Part shown: in pieces, positions 11,336 through 22,545 of the stretch
Layout of the letters: each line of letters starts with the position of its first letter
Position numbering within the stretch: the first letter of the stretch is position 1
Translations under genes and position numbers: made by a program
Source of the DNA: Alloascoidea hylecoeti
Taxonomy: Eukaryota
Reading direction: 5' to 3'
NCBI GenBank assembly: GCA_001600815.1
Contig: BCKZ01000002.1
Location: 620,001-684,000 of the forward strand
Length of the DNA: 64,000 nucleotides
Notes under the pieces: model-generated
What the model was told of the DNA's origin: nothing
The model's input: only the letters and a program-made list of their open reading frames with translations
Databases searched by the model: none

Positions 11336-12868
11336 TTATTTACTTCTTTTAGAATTCGGTATTGCAAACTCACTTTTCCGTTTTAAATTTATTTTCAGAT
11401 TCTCATCTTTATTAGTATTTTCACTTCCTTTCAATTCAATTTGACCTGCTATCTTTTTTGGAGCTATCGAAGTGAAAGTCCCAGATTTAAACCATTTATC
11501 TTCATTGTCATGGCCAATCTTTCTTGATTGTAATTCTGGATTTATCAATTGTATACCTTTAGAAACGGATAAAGTACTAACAAGACCATCAGTTATTCCT
11601 TTACTTGCCCCAGGTGCAATACTTGCTAAACCAGATAATCGTTGTTGCATACCTTTTGAAAGTTTTGGTGTAATTTTTTTATTATCATTAATTATACGAA
11701 CTTTACCACTACCAACACCATCAATCATTCCAAGACCAATTTCTTCATCATAAGAATCAATAGTTGATTCAGGTTTACCAAAAACCATTCTATTTGCAGC
11801 TTTTTGTAATTCGGTTTGTTTAAATTGTTCTTTCATTTTTCTAATTCTTTTACCACCACGTTTCTTTGATTTTGCTTCATCTGGTATTGGTAATGCTTTA
11901 GGACCTTTATTTTCTGGAGGTTCTGCTAATTTATCTAATTTTATCATAATATCTTTATGGTATTTTTGACCCATTTCACCATTTCTTGAACTATTACTAT
12001 AATCAATTCTTGATGCTAATACTATTTTACCAGCAACAATTCTTAAAGCTTGTGTTCTTAAATCTCTTGGAACAGTTTGAATTAAATCAGATTGATATAA
12101 ATAACCTTGTTGTCTACCACCAACATCTTTTTTCGAACCCAAAGCAGCAATGTTACAAGATGGAGTTGAAGATAATGCTGCTAAACCACCAGTAATACCC
12201 ATTAATTGAGCCGCTGTATGAGGACCGATTATAGCGGTTAAATTAGGAGCGAAAGTGACTAATCTAGATGAAACAAAAGTTATAATTTCATTTTTAGCAT
12301 CTATTATAGATAATAATATATCACAAGCCGACATTACAGTTTGCAATTCTTTATCATTTAATATTCGACCAGTTGTTTGGGCAGCAGACATCGAAATAAC
12401 CATAAAAGTAGAACCCGATAGAAAAGATTTAAGTTGTGTGAGTTTCGCGACATTCTGGATATCATTTCCAATTATTTTCACGGCCTTTGTATAATCTGAA
12501 GGATTTCTTAAAAGTGTATCAAGTTCAGGGAAACAAGGCCGATAGTTTAATTTGATATATCTATGAAGAACCAGTATTTCATTATCGATTTCAACAATAT
12601 GATTATTTGCATCCACTAAAAGCTTATACTCAGGATCATCTGAAGCATCCTTAGATTTCTGGAGTCTGTCATTGAAGGACGATTTGGAGTTTTGGTTGTG
12701 AAAAGCTATTTGTTTCAATAACGGGTGTATTTTGGAGAAAAGAATGGATACCGAGGGTACTTCTTTGAACTGAAAATCATCTTCTACTTCCATCACGGCA
12801 TTTCCCTCATCTGATTCTGACTCTGGGCCTGAGTCCAGGTCTCTCATGAACTGGTCTGCCAACGACAT
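11336..12868 (-). CDS. PRP31: U4/U6 snRNP protein Prp31
   Basis: NOSIC/Nop domain (FPELDTL, APNLTAIIG, PSCNIAALG), KALPIPDE..KKRGGKRIRKMKE and NRMVFG. Confidence 0.95.
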   Translation of the reverse strand: MSLADQFMRDLDSGPESESDEGNAVMEVEDDFQFKEVPSVSILFSKIHPLLKQIAFHNQNSKSSFNDRLQKSKDASDDPEYKLLVDANNHIVEIDNEILVLHRYIKLNYRPCFPELDTLLRNPSDYTKAVKIIGNDIQNVAKLTQLKSFLSGSTFMVISMSAAQTTGRILNDKELQTVMSACDILLSIIDAKNEIITFVSSRLVTFAPNLTAIIGPHTAAQLMGITGGLAALSSTPSCNIAALGSKKDVGGRQQGYLYQSDLIQTVPRDLRTQALRIVAGKIVLASRIDYSNSSRNGEMGQKYHKDIMIKLDKLAEPPENKGPKALPIPDEAKSKKRGGKRIRKMKEQFKQTELQKAANRMVFGKPESTIDSYDEEIGLGMIDGVGSGKVRIINDNKKITPKLSKGMQQRLSGLASIAPGASKGITDGLVSTLSVSKGIQLINPELQSRKIGHDNEDKWFKSGTFTSIAPKKIAGQIELKGSENTNKDENLKINLKRKSEFAIPNSKRSK

Positions 12869-12992
12869 GTTTTTGGATGGTGATGATGGTGTAAATATAT
12901 ATTATATTGGTACATCACATGACCGACCACAAACCTCCAGTTACCCTGCCTCTACCCCCATCCAAATTTTCACTGTCTGATTTCCCGAAAGC

Positions 12993-13091
12993 ATGAAGCC
13001 GTTTGGACTTTTGCGTGCCTCCAGACTTCTGAAACCTCATAGCTGCTTACTAAGAACAACCCGCATCCGTGGATCCTCGTGCCTGCCCAGC
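12993..13091 (+). CDS. VAS1: Predicted upstream exon encoding a mitochondrial presequence for ValRS (spliced 13091^13211, in frame with ATG 13259)
   Basis: MKPFGLLRASRLLKPHSCLLRTTRIRGSSCLPS (Arg/Leu/Ser-rich, no acidic residues), GTATGT donor 13092, CTAAC 13181, TAG acceptor 13210, then 16 open codons FYIDSHPRSFHYSKIK into MSDQ. Confidence 0.75.
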
Positions 13092-13258
13092 GTATGTTCC
13101 TCCTCGCCCAATTGGGTCACGTGCGTTCCATCGCATGTGATCTGTATCTGACTCTTTGTGTCTGTTGTCTGACTCATTTTCTAACCTTTAGTTTTTATAT
13201 TTGTTACTAGTTTTATATTGATTCTCATCCTCGTTCTTTCCATTATTCAAAAATAAAA

Positions 13259-16200
13259 ATGAGCGATCAAACGACAACACCTCCTTCCGCTGATAACTCA
13301 GCTGAAATTGTTATAAACCCAATTGATGAAAATGGGAATCCAAAATCTGCAAAACAAATCGAAAAAGAACGTAAAAAAGCTGAAAAAGAAGCAAAATTTA
13401 AAGCAAAACAAGCTAAAAAAGCAGCTGCTGCTACGAAAGCTAAAACTGCAAAGCCAAAGGAGAAAAAGAAAGAGGTTGAACCAATTCCAGAATTTATTGA
13501 TGAGACCATTCCAGGAGAAAAGAAGATCTTGGTATCTTTTGATAACCCTGCTTTAAAAGCTTATAATCCAAAAATTGTTGAATCTTCTTGGTATGAATGG
13601 TGGGAGAAAAGTGGATTTTTTGAACCTGAGTATACTGCTGATGGTAAAATTAAACCAGAGGGTTTATTTGTTATCCCCGCTCCTCCTCCAAATGTAACTG
13701 GTGCTCTTCATATAGGACATGGTCTAACAATTGCTATTCAAGATTCTTTTATAAGATATTATAGAATGAAGGGTAAAACTGTTTTATTCTTACCTGGATT
13801 TGATCACGCTGGTATCTCTACACAATCTGTCGTTGAAAAACAATTATGGAATCAATCTCAAATAACACGTCATGATTTAGGTAGAGAAGCTTTTGTCGAT
13901 AAAGTTTGGGAATGGAAAGAAGTTTATCACAAAAGGATTAAAAATCAATTGAAAAAATTAGGTGCTTCTTATGATTGGAAGAGAGAAGCTTTTACACTTG
14001 ATCCTCCATTATCAAAAGCTGTAATTGAAACTTTTGTTAAATTACATGATGAAGGTACAATTTATAGAGCAAATAGATTGGTTAATTGGTGTGTTCATTT
14101 AAATACAACATTATCCAATTTAGAAGTTGAAAATAAAGAAATTCCTGGAAGAACTCTTGTTAATGTTCCTGGTTATAGTGAACCAGTTGAATTTGGTGTT
14201 TTAACTTCATTTGCTTATCAAGTTGAAAATTCAGATGAAAAGTTAATTGTTGCAACCACACGTCCTGAAACATTATTCGGTGACACTGGTGTTGCTGTTC
14301 ATCCAAATGATCCAAGATATATTCATTTACATGGAAAATATGTTCTACATCCATTCTTGGATAGAAAATTACCAATCATTACTGATGATGAAGCTGTTGA
14401 TATGGAATTCGGTACGGGTGCTGTTAAAATAACACCTGCTCACGATCAAAATGATTACAACACTGGTAAAAGACATAATTTAGAATTTATTAATATTTTT
14501 ACTGATAATGGTTTATTAAATGAAAATTGTGGCTCTGAATGGAATGGTATTAAACGTTTTGATGCTCGTAAAATTGTTATTGAAAAATTAAAGGAAAAAA
14601 ATTTATATATTGGTCAAGAAGATAATGCAATGACAATTCCTTTATGTGCAAAATCGGGTGATATAATTGAACCAATTTTAAAACCACAATGGTGGGTTGC
14701 CCAAAAAGAAATGGCTGATGCTGCTTTAGATGCTGTTAAATCTGGTGAAATTACAATTACCCCAAAAACATCTCAACAAGAATATTACCATTGGTTGGAA
14801 AATATTCAAGATTGGTGTATTTCTAGACAATTATGGTGGGGGCATAGATGTCCTGTTTATTTTGTAGATATTAAAGGTAAAGAACAGGAAAAAGAAGATG
14901 GAAAATGGTGGATTGCTGGAATCACTGAAGAAGATGCTCAAACAAAAGCAAAACTAAAATTCCCTGGTGAATCTTTTACTTTAGAACAAGATGAAGATGT
15001 TTTAGATACTTGGTTTTCTTCAGGCTTATGGCCTTTCTCAACATTAGGTTGGCCAGATAAAACAAAAGACATGGCTGATTTTTATCCAATGTCAATGTTA
15101 GAAACTGGTTGGGATATTTTATTTTTTTGGGTTGCAAGAATGATTATGCTTGGTATTAAAATGACTGGCAAAATTCCTTTTAAAGAAGTCTTTTGTCATT
15201 CTTTGGTTCGTGATGCCCAAGGTAGAAAAATGTCAAAATCTTTAGGAAATGTTGTTGATCCTTTAGATGTTATAACTGGTATTTCTTTGAAAGATTTACA
15301 TGCTAAATTACAAGTTGGTAATCTAGATCCAAGAGAAGTTGCAAAAGCTAGCGAAGGCCAAAGATTATCATATCCAAATGGTATTCCAGAATGTGGTACA
15401 GATGCTTTAAGATTTGCCCTATGTGCTTATACAACTGGTGGTAGAGATATTAATTTGGATATTTTACGTGTTGAAGGTTATAGGAAATTTTGTAATAAAA
15501 TCTATCAAGCTACAAAATTTGCCTTAATTAGACTAGGTGATGATTATGTACCACCAGCACAAATTATTAAAACTGGTAAAGAAAGTCTTGTTGAAAAATG
15601 GATTTTACATAAATTGGTTCAACATGCGAAAGCAATTGAACAAGCATTTGAAGATCGTGATTTTGTAACTATCACAACTTCAATTTATACATTTTGGTTA
15701 AATGAATTATGTGACGTTTATATTGAAAATTCAAAATCTCTTTTTGAAGGCACCCCAGAACAAAGACAATCTGCAAAGGATACTTTATATACTTGTATTG
15801 ATGCTGCCCTTAAATTCATTCATCCATTTATGCCTTTTGTTACCGAAGAATTATGGCAACGTATCCCACGTCGTTTGAATGATACAACTCCTTCAATCAT
15901 TAAGGCTTCATATCCTCAATATGATGCACAATTTGATGATCCTGAATCTGAAAAAGATTATGAACTTATCATTGATATTGTTCGGTCTACCAGATCTGCC
16001 CTACATACCTTCAAAATTAACAAGAATGGTCAAGTTACTGTCCAAGTATCTGATGCTTCTGAATTGGAAATGATCACTCAGCAATCCGCTAGTATTGTCG
16101 CATTGGTTAAACCTATTGATAATATTACAGTCATATCATCAGAAGATTCTGTTCCATCTGGCTGTTACTTGGAAACTGTTACACCATCTGTTACTGTTCA

Positions 16201-16435
16201 TGCTTTAGTTAAAGGTCTTGTTGATTTAGATGCTGAAATTAAAAGACAAGAATCCAAATTATCAAAAACTATAAAATCAAAACATGATTTGGAGAAAACA
16301 ATCAGTAAAAAAGATTATAATGAAAAAGCAAGTGAATCTGCAAAAGAATTAAATACTAAAAAATTAGAAGATTTAGATGCTGAAATTAGTGGTATACAAG
16401 TTATGATTGCCAATTTTGAAAAATTGAAATTGTAA
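13259..16435 (+). CDS. VAS1: Valyl-tRNA synthetase (cytosolic start)
   Basis: PPPNVTGALHIGH (HIGH), DWCISRQLWWGH, GRKMSKSLGN (KMSKS) and a C-terminal coiled coil. Confidence 0.98.
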   Translation: MSDQTTTPPSADNSAEIVINPIDENGNPKSAKQIEKERKKAEKEAKFKAKQAKKAAAATKAKTAKPKEKKKEVEPIPEFIDETIPGEKKILVSFDNPALKAYNPKIVESSWYEWWEKSGFFEPEYTADGKIKPEGLFVIPAPPPNVTGALHIGHGLTIAIQDSFIRYYRMKGKTVLFLPGFDHAGISTQSVVEKQLWNQSQITRHDLGREAFVDKVWEWKEVYHKRIKNQLKKLGASYDWKREAFTLDPPLSKAVIETFVKLHDEGTIYRANRLVNWCVHLNTTLSNLEVENKEIPGRTLVNVPGYSEPVEFGVLTSFAYQVENSDEKLIVATTRPETLFGDTGVAVHPNDPRYIHLHGKYVLHPFLDRKLPIITDDEAVDMEFGTGAVKITPAHDQNDYNTGKRHNLEFINIFTDNGLLNENCGSEWNGIKRFDARKIVIEKLKEKNLYIGQEDNAMTIPLCAKSGDIIEPILKPQWWVAQKEMADAALDAVKSGEITITPKTSQQEYYHWLENIQDWCISRQLWWGHRCPVYFVDIKGKEQEKEDGKWWIAGITEEDAQTKAKLKFPGESFTLEQDEDVLDTWFSSGLWPFSTLGWPDKTKDMADFYPMSMLETGWDILFFWVARMIMLGIKMTGKIPFKEVFCHSLVRDAQGRKMSKSLGNVVDPLDVITGISLKDLHAKLQVGNLDPREVAKASEGQRLSYPNGIPECGTDALRFALCAYTTGGRDINLDILRVEGYRKFCNKIYQATKFALIRLGDDYVPPAQIIKTGKESLVEKWILHKLVQHAKAIEQAFEDRDFVTITTSIYTFWLNELCDVYIENSKSLFEGTPEQRQSAKDTLYTCIDAALKFIHPFMPFVTEELWQRIPRRLNDTTPSIIKASYPQYDAQFDDPESEKDYELIIDIVRSTRSALHTFKINKNGQVTVQVSDASELEMITQQSASIVALVKPIDNITVISSEDSVPSGCYLETVTPSVTVHALVKGLVDLDAEIKRQESKLSKTIKSKHDLEKTISKKDYNEKASESAKELNTKKLEDLDAEISGIQVMIANFEKLKL

Positions 16436-16540
16436 CACTACTACTACTACTATTGCATTATAAATAGTAAATAGAAATAGAAATATGAATGATATAAAAC
16501 ATCAGAATACATTACACACAAGAATAATATTATATAATTA

Positions 16541-17288
16541 TTAATATCGCCATATATAATCTTTTTGTAGTTTTTCAGAAATAACACTTCTAAAAGATTG
16601 ATGTTTCTCTTCGCATTTATCTGTTGCAACACTCAATACTTTAAAAAATTGTTCTTCAGTAAATGATCCATTACTTTCAGCTAACAGTAAGCTTGTAGCC
16701 TTTGCTTCTTCTATCTTAAAAGCAATGACATGAAAAGATTTAGCTTTACTAATTTGTTCCTCATCTGGCTCTGCAATTATTTCATTTGAATCTGTAATTA
16801 CAAGACAAGTAGCAGAAAATGATGCTCTCAGTGGAACCCCGGCATCAATTAATGCTAAATAAGATGCATTTATAGCAACAGATAATTCTTTTATAGTGTA
16901 AATACTGTTTTCACCCGATTGTAAGACTTGTATAACAATTTGAATCAATGTTCTTGGAAAAAGATGTCGTAGAATTAAAGATGATAGTATAGTACTGATT
17001 TTATCTTCAAACAATCTTTCTCTTGTAGCTAAAACAAGAATTAGTACATTATATCTGAATAATTGTTTGATTATCTCAATTTATTTATTACTTACCGGCA
17101 ACCCCTGTAGCTGGTCTAACAATTATTTCTAAAGCAGTAGCAGTTGGAATTTCCATCCTACTTTTAGCTTCTATAGGTCCTGTAACAGAACAAATTACCA
17201 TTGTTGGTCCTGTTTTCAGCGTAGCAGAACCATCTACTTTGTTGAGAATTGATAAATTTGCACCGTCTTGTTCTGTTATGGTAGTCAT
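16541..17288 (-). CDS. RRP46: Exosome core subunit Rrp46; exons 17288-17096 and 17028-16541
   Basis: LSILNKVDGSA...VICSVTGPIE...LEIIVRPA, FPRTLIQIVIQVL and AINASYLALIDAGVPL (RNase PH fold). Intron 17095-17029 GTAAGT...TACTAAT...TAG. Confidence 0.92.
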
Positions 17289-17442
17289 TGAATTTGATAT
17301 ATAGGAGAGTTCTAAAGTTTTTCAGGTTTTGATATACATTTTTTATGCGGGTAAATACAGTACCGTTCTAGATATTACTTACATAAATTTATCGATATCG
17401 CATACAATCGTAAATATATATATTAAGTCTAAAATTATACAT

Positions 17443-19059
17443 TTACCAATCGTATCCTTTAACATAAGGCTCTTCACCTTCTGTTTGGGATTCACCAATA
17501 ATCGATCCCCATCTCTCATATTCTAAATCTGCACCATTGCCATTTTCCTTAAACCTTTTGCCATGTTCAAAACTGGATAATTCCTTTTGAGTATGATCTA
17601 AAAAGTCTTCCATCCCATATCGTGGTTTATTGAATGGTTTCGAAAACATGGTAGATAAGTCGGCAAGTTTAGGGTAATAATGACGTTGTAATTCAGAGAT
17701 TTCCCATAATGAACTACTAATTGCATTTGTCTTACTTGGATCCGCTTCAGAATTATCAAATGGATCTTGATATCCTAAAAGGTCTCCTGAATCAGCTCGT
17801 CTGATAAGAACTGTAACCACGGGATGAAGTTGCATAAGATTATAAATAAATGGTGGTATAATAACACCAGCAGATGGTTGTGCATGTAAAGCTATGCGTG
17901 CCAAACGTTTAATGAAAGAGGCAACAATTGCAGAAGATAAAGTGGGTGAAGACAACATTGTCTCTAGTATTCTGAAAAATCTCGATCTATATTCCATTTG
18001 TAAAATAGAATCATCTAGTAATGAGTAGAGTTTGGTATAAATTCCAGCATAATCAAGATTATATTTTCTAACCAATTCATATAAACCGTTCATAGCTAAA
18101 ACTCCAGAAGTTCCTCCGTTATCGACATTTGCTGTGATATAATCCGTTAACAGGATAGGTTGGACCATATAAGGCATTATTCTCTTATGTATAATTAAAA
18201 GGACTTTATGGTGTTGTTCATCTTTTAAAGGAAAGGACAATGCATGTAACCAAGCTGTTTGAAAAGCCTTTTTCATGAGACGCTCATCATACTTTTTTAA
18301 AAAAGGTGGATTTTTTACCCACAAATATTCAGGATTATTGATAGCTTCCGGGTTTAGCTCAATAGTTTTAAAATAGGATAATATATAATATACTTTGTCG
18401 AATATTTCTTGTAATTCATTATTAGTATACTTAGTTTCACTTTTCTGGTTTGATTCTTCCTCATCTAAACCAAAGTCAATTTTAGAGAATACCGTAAAGA
18501 AATAGTATCTGAGATCATGATAAACAGAAAGATATTTGTCTGTCAGTTCTACAATCACATCATCTGTTCCTTTTGTTGTAAGAATACCTTCTATAAGAGA
18601 GCGATAAGTCAGAATTGGAAAATACGCTTCTCCTTTGTGAGGTCCCAGATGTTTTGCTTCTGCCCTTATCAATCTAATATAAATTTGTAAGCTAATAATA
18701 TCGACCATACTTTCGTCAGTTCTAGACAAAAGAGTGATCAATTGTTTTTTAAATTGTTCATAAATTTTCTTCAACCATGTTTGTACAGTTATCTCGTTTT
18801 CAGTTAAATTTTTTCTGCTAAATCTACCTTCTCTCAGTAAAGTTCCAAATATCCGAAATAAAGCTGCTAGTAATGATTCTAGGATATCCTTGGATTTGTT
18901 TTTCTTTTGTGATTTAATCTCATTGATGAGGTCTACTATGCTATTGTAATTTATCTGTGATTCGCATATGTCGTTTTCTAATCTTTGAATATCTTCAACA
19001 GTTATATTTCCCGTGAATTTTTTCTCATGCTTATTTTCATTATTATTATTTTGAGTCAT
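17443..19059 (-). CDS. NOC4: Nucleolar complex protein Noc4 (CBF/Mak21 domain)
   Basis: YHDLRYYF, KAFQTAWL, NLDY..IYTKLYSLLD, YRSRFFR, VASFIKRLAR and AISSSLWEI; likely start ATG 19059; RRPE-like TGAAATTTTT upstream at 19288. Confidence 0.92.
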   Translation of the reverse strand: MTQNNNNENKHEKKFTGNITVEDIQRLENDICESQINYNSIVDLINEIKSQKKNKSKDILESLLAALFRIFGTLLREGRFSRKNLTENEITVQTWLKKIYEQFKKQLITLLSRTDESMVDIISLQIYIRLIRAEAKHLGPHKGEAYFPILTYRSLIEGILTTKGTDDVIVELTDKYLSVYHDLRYYFFTVFSKIDFGLDEEESNQKSETKYTNNELQEIFDKVYYILSYFKTIELNPEAINNPEYLWVKNPPFLKKYDERLMKKAFQTAWLHALSFPLKDEQHHKVLLIIHKRIMPYMVQPILLTDYITANVDNGGTSGVLAMNGLYELVRKYNLDYAGIYTKLYSLLDDSILQMEYRSRFFRILETMLSSPTLSSAIVASFIKRLARIALHAQPSAGVIIPPFIYNLMQLHPVVTVLIRRADSGDLLGYQDPFDNSEADPSKTNAISSSLWEISELQRHYYPKLADLSTMFSKPFNKPRYGMEDFLDHTQKELSSFEHGKRFKENGNGADLEYERWGSIIGESQTEGEEPYVKGYDW

Positions 19060-19305
19060 GATGTCTTTTCGAAGCTTTATGGGAAGAAAAAAAAAGTTTA
19101 TATGCATATTTCAATGTCTATAAAAATATTTCAATATTTAAGTATGAAATATACGCACATTCGTGCTGTAATATACTGTATTGTATATAATGAGTTACCC
19201 CACCTTTACAACATGCTATAAAAGTAGAATTTTTCTTCTTATTTCTTTTTTTTTCTTTAATGACCTTCCAAGTTTTTAACCATATGATGAAATTTTTGCG
19301 TTTAA

Positions 19306-19508
19306 ACTCACTCTACCCCATTGGTCGAGTATCTTCGGATATTCCCTTTGAATGCTGCTGACACGGCTGCGGTGATATATGGTGACGGCGTTCGGCGCAT
19401 TACCTTGTTACAACGGATGCTCTAAAGATCTGACCCTTTAAAACTTGGATTGAGTCGTTTTAATTGAGAAGGACAAATGATTGGGGTGTGAATACCATGA
19501 GTACAAAT
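19306..19508 (+). ncRNA. Candidate structured ncRNA (H/ACA-like)
   Basis: GC-richer island with no ORF; C(UUCG)G hairpin 19327-19344; terminal pairings ACTCA/TGAGT and ACCCCA/TGGGGT around an internal loop; ACA at 19503. No family recognised. Confidence 0.3.
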
Positions 19509-20853
19509 ATAAGTAACTTTTAATAAAAAATTTTTAATTGGCAACATTTAAAATTTTTGAATCCAAACTGATTTGGTTTTGTGTTTTGAGTTTCTGTAAA
19601 TTTTTTTTTTTCATTCGCCAGTTCAGGTGAAATTATAATGGAGATTGTATTATTTATTTCGTATAGCCGGCGATAGATCAATTAAGTGTTAAGGTATCCC
19701 TTTACAATATTACAAGTATAAAATCTTGACTTTTGCTGTTTTGTTCTATAGTATTTCAAGATTTAAAATTAAGCTTGTGATGAACAATTACGATTTTTTA
19801 ATTGCAACCCCCATTAATATCATTTATACCTATGTGTTGTTAGCTACTCGTTCCTATAATTATATTTAGGTTCAATTAACTAGACTTGAAAATCATTGTC
19901 ATGGATTTCTACTACCAGTACAGTACCAGTTGTATGTCAGATCTTATAGCTATTAGTTTAAATGTCGTGGTGTAGTATGAACCATAATAGTCCACCACCA
20001 GTGTAGACCAAAAAGTACTATACATGTATATGTCGTTGTCGCATGTAAATCCCAAGCTCACTACCAAATTTGATTTCAGCAAATAACGAAATGCATCTAC
20101 GGCTATGTACGACTTAAGCCCTTACAATTTTGCCAAAATATTTGATATTCAATACCAATTACCTATAGTTTTTCTGCCGACTTCCGATATTTTCTCTCCA
20201 TGATGTCTCATATTTCATGTTCCAGTTTCCGAAAATAACAGGAAACACTGTAGGTGGAAAATTTATCAAAGTAGTTAAATAATATAGTTAGTGGGTCTAG
20301 AAACCTCTAGCTTGGTATGATGGTATGAATATTCAAAACTCTTACAATTGAGGCTAAGACACTTTAGGTAGCATGAATGACGGTGCCAGCATTTCTAACT
20401 AATTGTAATATTGAGATAGACACACATTATCTAGATCTTATAATTATAACTTAATAAAGATTTAGCTGTAGCATTAGCATTAGATATAAGAATTTGCCGT
20501 ATTTAAAATATGGGGGAAATCTCAAGCGCTAGCTATAGCCTCAACGGGTGGTTTGTAATTAAAGTAAATTACAACTGAGAGGATAATTTTTAACCTATAA
20601 TTAATTCCTCATTCCAGTTAACTAGTTTGGTATTTCAAAAAATTTACATTTATATTATAACTGCACTTAATTCTGTTCATACAGGCCTAGGCCATATTAC
20701 TATGAACTTAAGACAATTCTAATCGTAAAGAATGAAGAAGAGAAAACAATTACTGTATGTATATTTATTATATAATCAATATCAAAACATTAACGGAGTA
20801 CTATATCCATCTTGACCCGAGACAGGTAATTATAATTAGATGTTTAAGTAAAT

Positions 20854-22545
20854 TTAGTATAGGGTTGTAAACATATCATCCTTTCTATTATTCCCATATA
20901 CCTTATTAATACTATTACTGTTTTCTCGCAAACCTTTATGTTTAAATGTGAAACCAACAAATGATCTTTGAGGTGGTCCTTTATCCTCCAACCTTTCTAG
21001 TTGTAGTTGCTTATTCACAACTTCTTTATACTTTTCCATATCTTTTTCATTTTCAAAATCATCAAAATAACCAGCATCTTCATCATTATCCAATTGAGGA
21101 ATGAATGGTGGTCTCTTTTCTCTAATATTCTCCCAGTCAATATCGTTAAAGTACTCACAAGCTTTAATATCTGCAAAACTTCTAATACGCTCGTTTGGGC
21201 CTGTAATCAATCTTGTGATTAAAAACCAAGTACGATCACTCAACATATAACGACCATCAAGCCTTGGTCTTCTTAGAGAGTTTTTCCACCCTCTTAAATT
21301 AGCATATGTTTCTTCCGAAGTACCGCCAGTAAAGGGAGGAAATCCCATTAATGATTCAAATAACATACAACCCAATGACCAATAATCAATAGTATAATCA
21401 TATTGTCGTCCTTCCAAGACTTCAAGGGCCATATAATCTGGAGATCCAACAATTGAACTCGCGAAATTGATATCTTTTAATCTTAATGATCTATAAATAA
21501 ATTGTCGCTCTTTAATTGATCTACTTGGTACTTGTAAATCCTTAACATCATTAAGTTTAATTTTCATACTTTCGATTCTTTCCTTTGAAACAGATCCAGC
21601 AGCAAGACCAAAATCTGTAAGTTTGATATGACCATTAGAATCAATAAGGAAATTTTCAGGTTTTAAATCTCTATGCGTAAAGCCAAGTTTGTGAAGGGCA
21701 TTAACTGCGCAAAACATTTCACTGATATAAAATCGAGTATGTTGTGGTATAAGTGAACCAGTATTATTTAAAAGAGTTCGATAATCTCCACCAGGAACAA
21801 ATTCCATAGCTAAATAAACATTTGATGGGTCTTGAAAAGCATAAAGTAATTTAACCAACCAATCACTTCTTGTATTTGTTAAAATATCCCGTTCGGTTAA
21901 AACATGTCTTGTTTCATTTAATTTATGTAATAAGCGTTTATCTAAAACTTTCAAAGCACAAACTTCTTTAGTATCAATTTTTCTTGCAAGAAAGACTTGA
22001 CCATAACCACCTTGACCAACTTTTGTAATAAGTTGAAAATCTTTATGCTTTGGTTTAATACGTTTTTTCCTTAAAACAACTCTTTCTCTACCATTATATG
22101 ATTTTAATTGTTTTAATATATCTTCTGATGATAAATCTTGAATTGATTTTTGAAATATTTCAAATCTTTGTTTTCTTTTAATTGTATAATCAAAAAGATC
22201 ATAATAATAATCAAGAAAATACATTTGACAAACATTAACCAATCTTTTAGTTTTAGGTTCATTTGCCTTTATATAAAATTGTCTTGGTAGATTAATATTC
22301 ATAGATGTGTTATAATTATTCAGTTTATGTGAATGATATTCATTTTCAATTCCGCCAATAGGAGGTTTATCTAAAGGACGAACGAAATTATTAACACGAT
22401 CAGGTAAACAACTCTCAATATTCTCAGATTCAGAACCAGAAAACTTATCAGTGATTTCCATATCTTTCATTGCATCAGTAATGTCAACTTTAAGTGGAGA
22501 TGAACCACGTGGACGTGGTGGAGTAAGTAATTTTCCAAAACTCAT
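20854..22545 (-). CDS. DBF2: NDR/LATS-family mitotic exit kinase Dbf2/Dbf20
   Basis: VCQMYFLDYYYDLFDY N-terminal regulatory region, GQGGYGQV, HRDLKPENFLID, DFGLA, SIVGSPDYMALE and FVGFTFKH hydrophobic motif. Confidence 0.95.
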   Translation of the reverse strand: MSFGKLLTPPRPRGSSPLKVDITDAMKDMEITDKFSGSESENIESCLPDRVNNFVRPLDKPPIGGIENEYHSHKLNNYNTSMNINLPRQFYIKANEPKTKRLVNVCQMYFLDYYYDLFDYTIKRKQRFEIFQKSIQDLSSEDILKQLKSYNGRERVVLRKKRIKPKHKDFQLITKVGQGGYGQVFLARKIDTKEVCALKVLDKRLLHKLNETRHVLTERDILTNTRSDWLVKLLYAFQDPSNVYLAMEFVPGGDYRTLLNNTGSLIPQHTRFYISEMFCAVNALHKLGFTHRDLKPENFLIDSNGHIKLTDFGLAAGSVSKERIESMKIKLNDVKDLQVPSRSIKERQFIYRSLRLKDINFASSIVGSPDYMALEVLEGRQYDYTIDYWSLGCMLFESLMGFPPFTGGTSEETYANLRGWKNSLRRPRLDGRYMLSDRTWFLITRLITGPNERIRSFADIKACEYFNDIDWENIREKRPPFIPQLDNDEDAGYFDDFENEKDMEKYKEVVNKQLQLERLEDKGPPQRSFVGFTFKHKGLRENSNSINKVYGNNRKDDMFTTLY

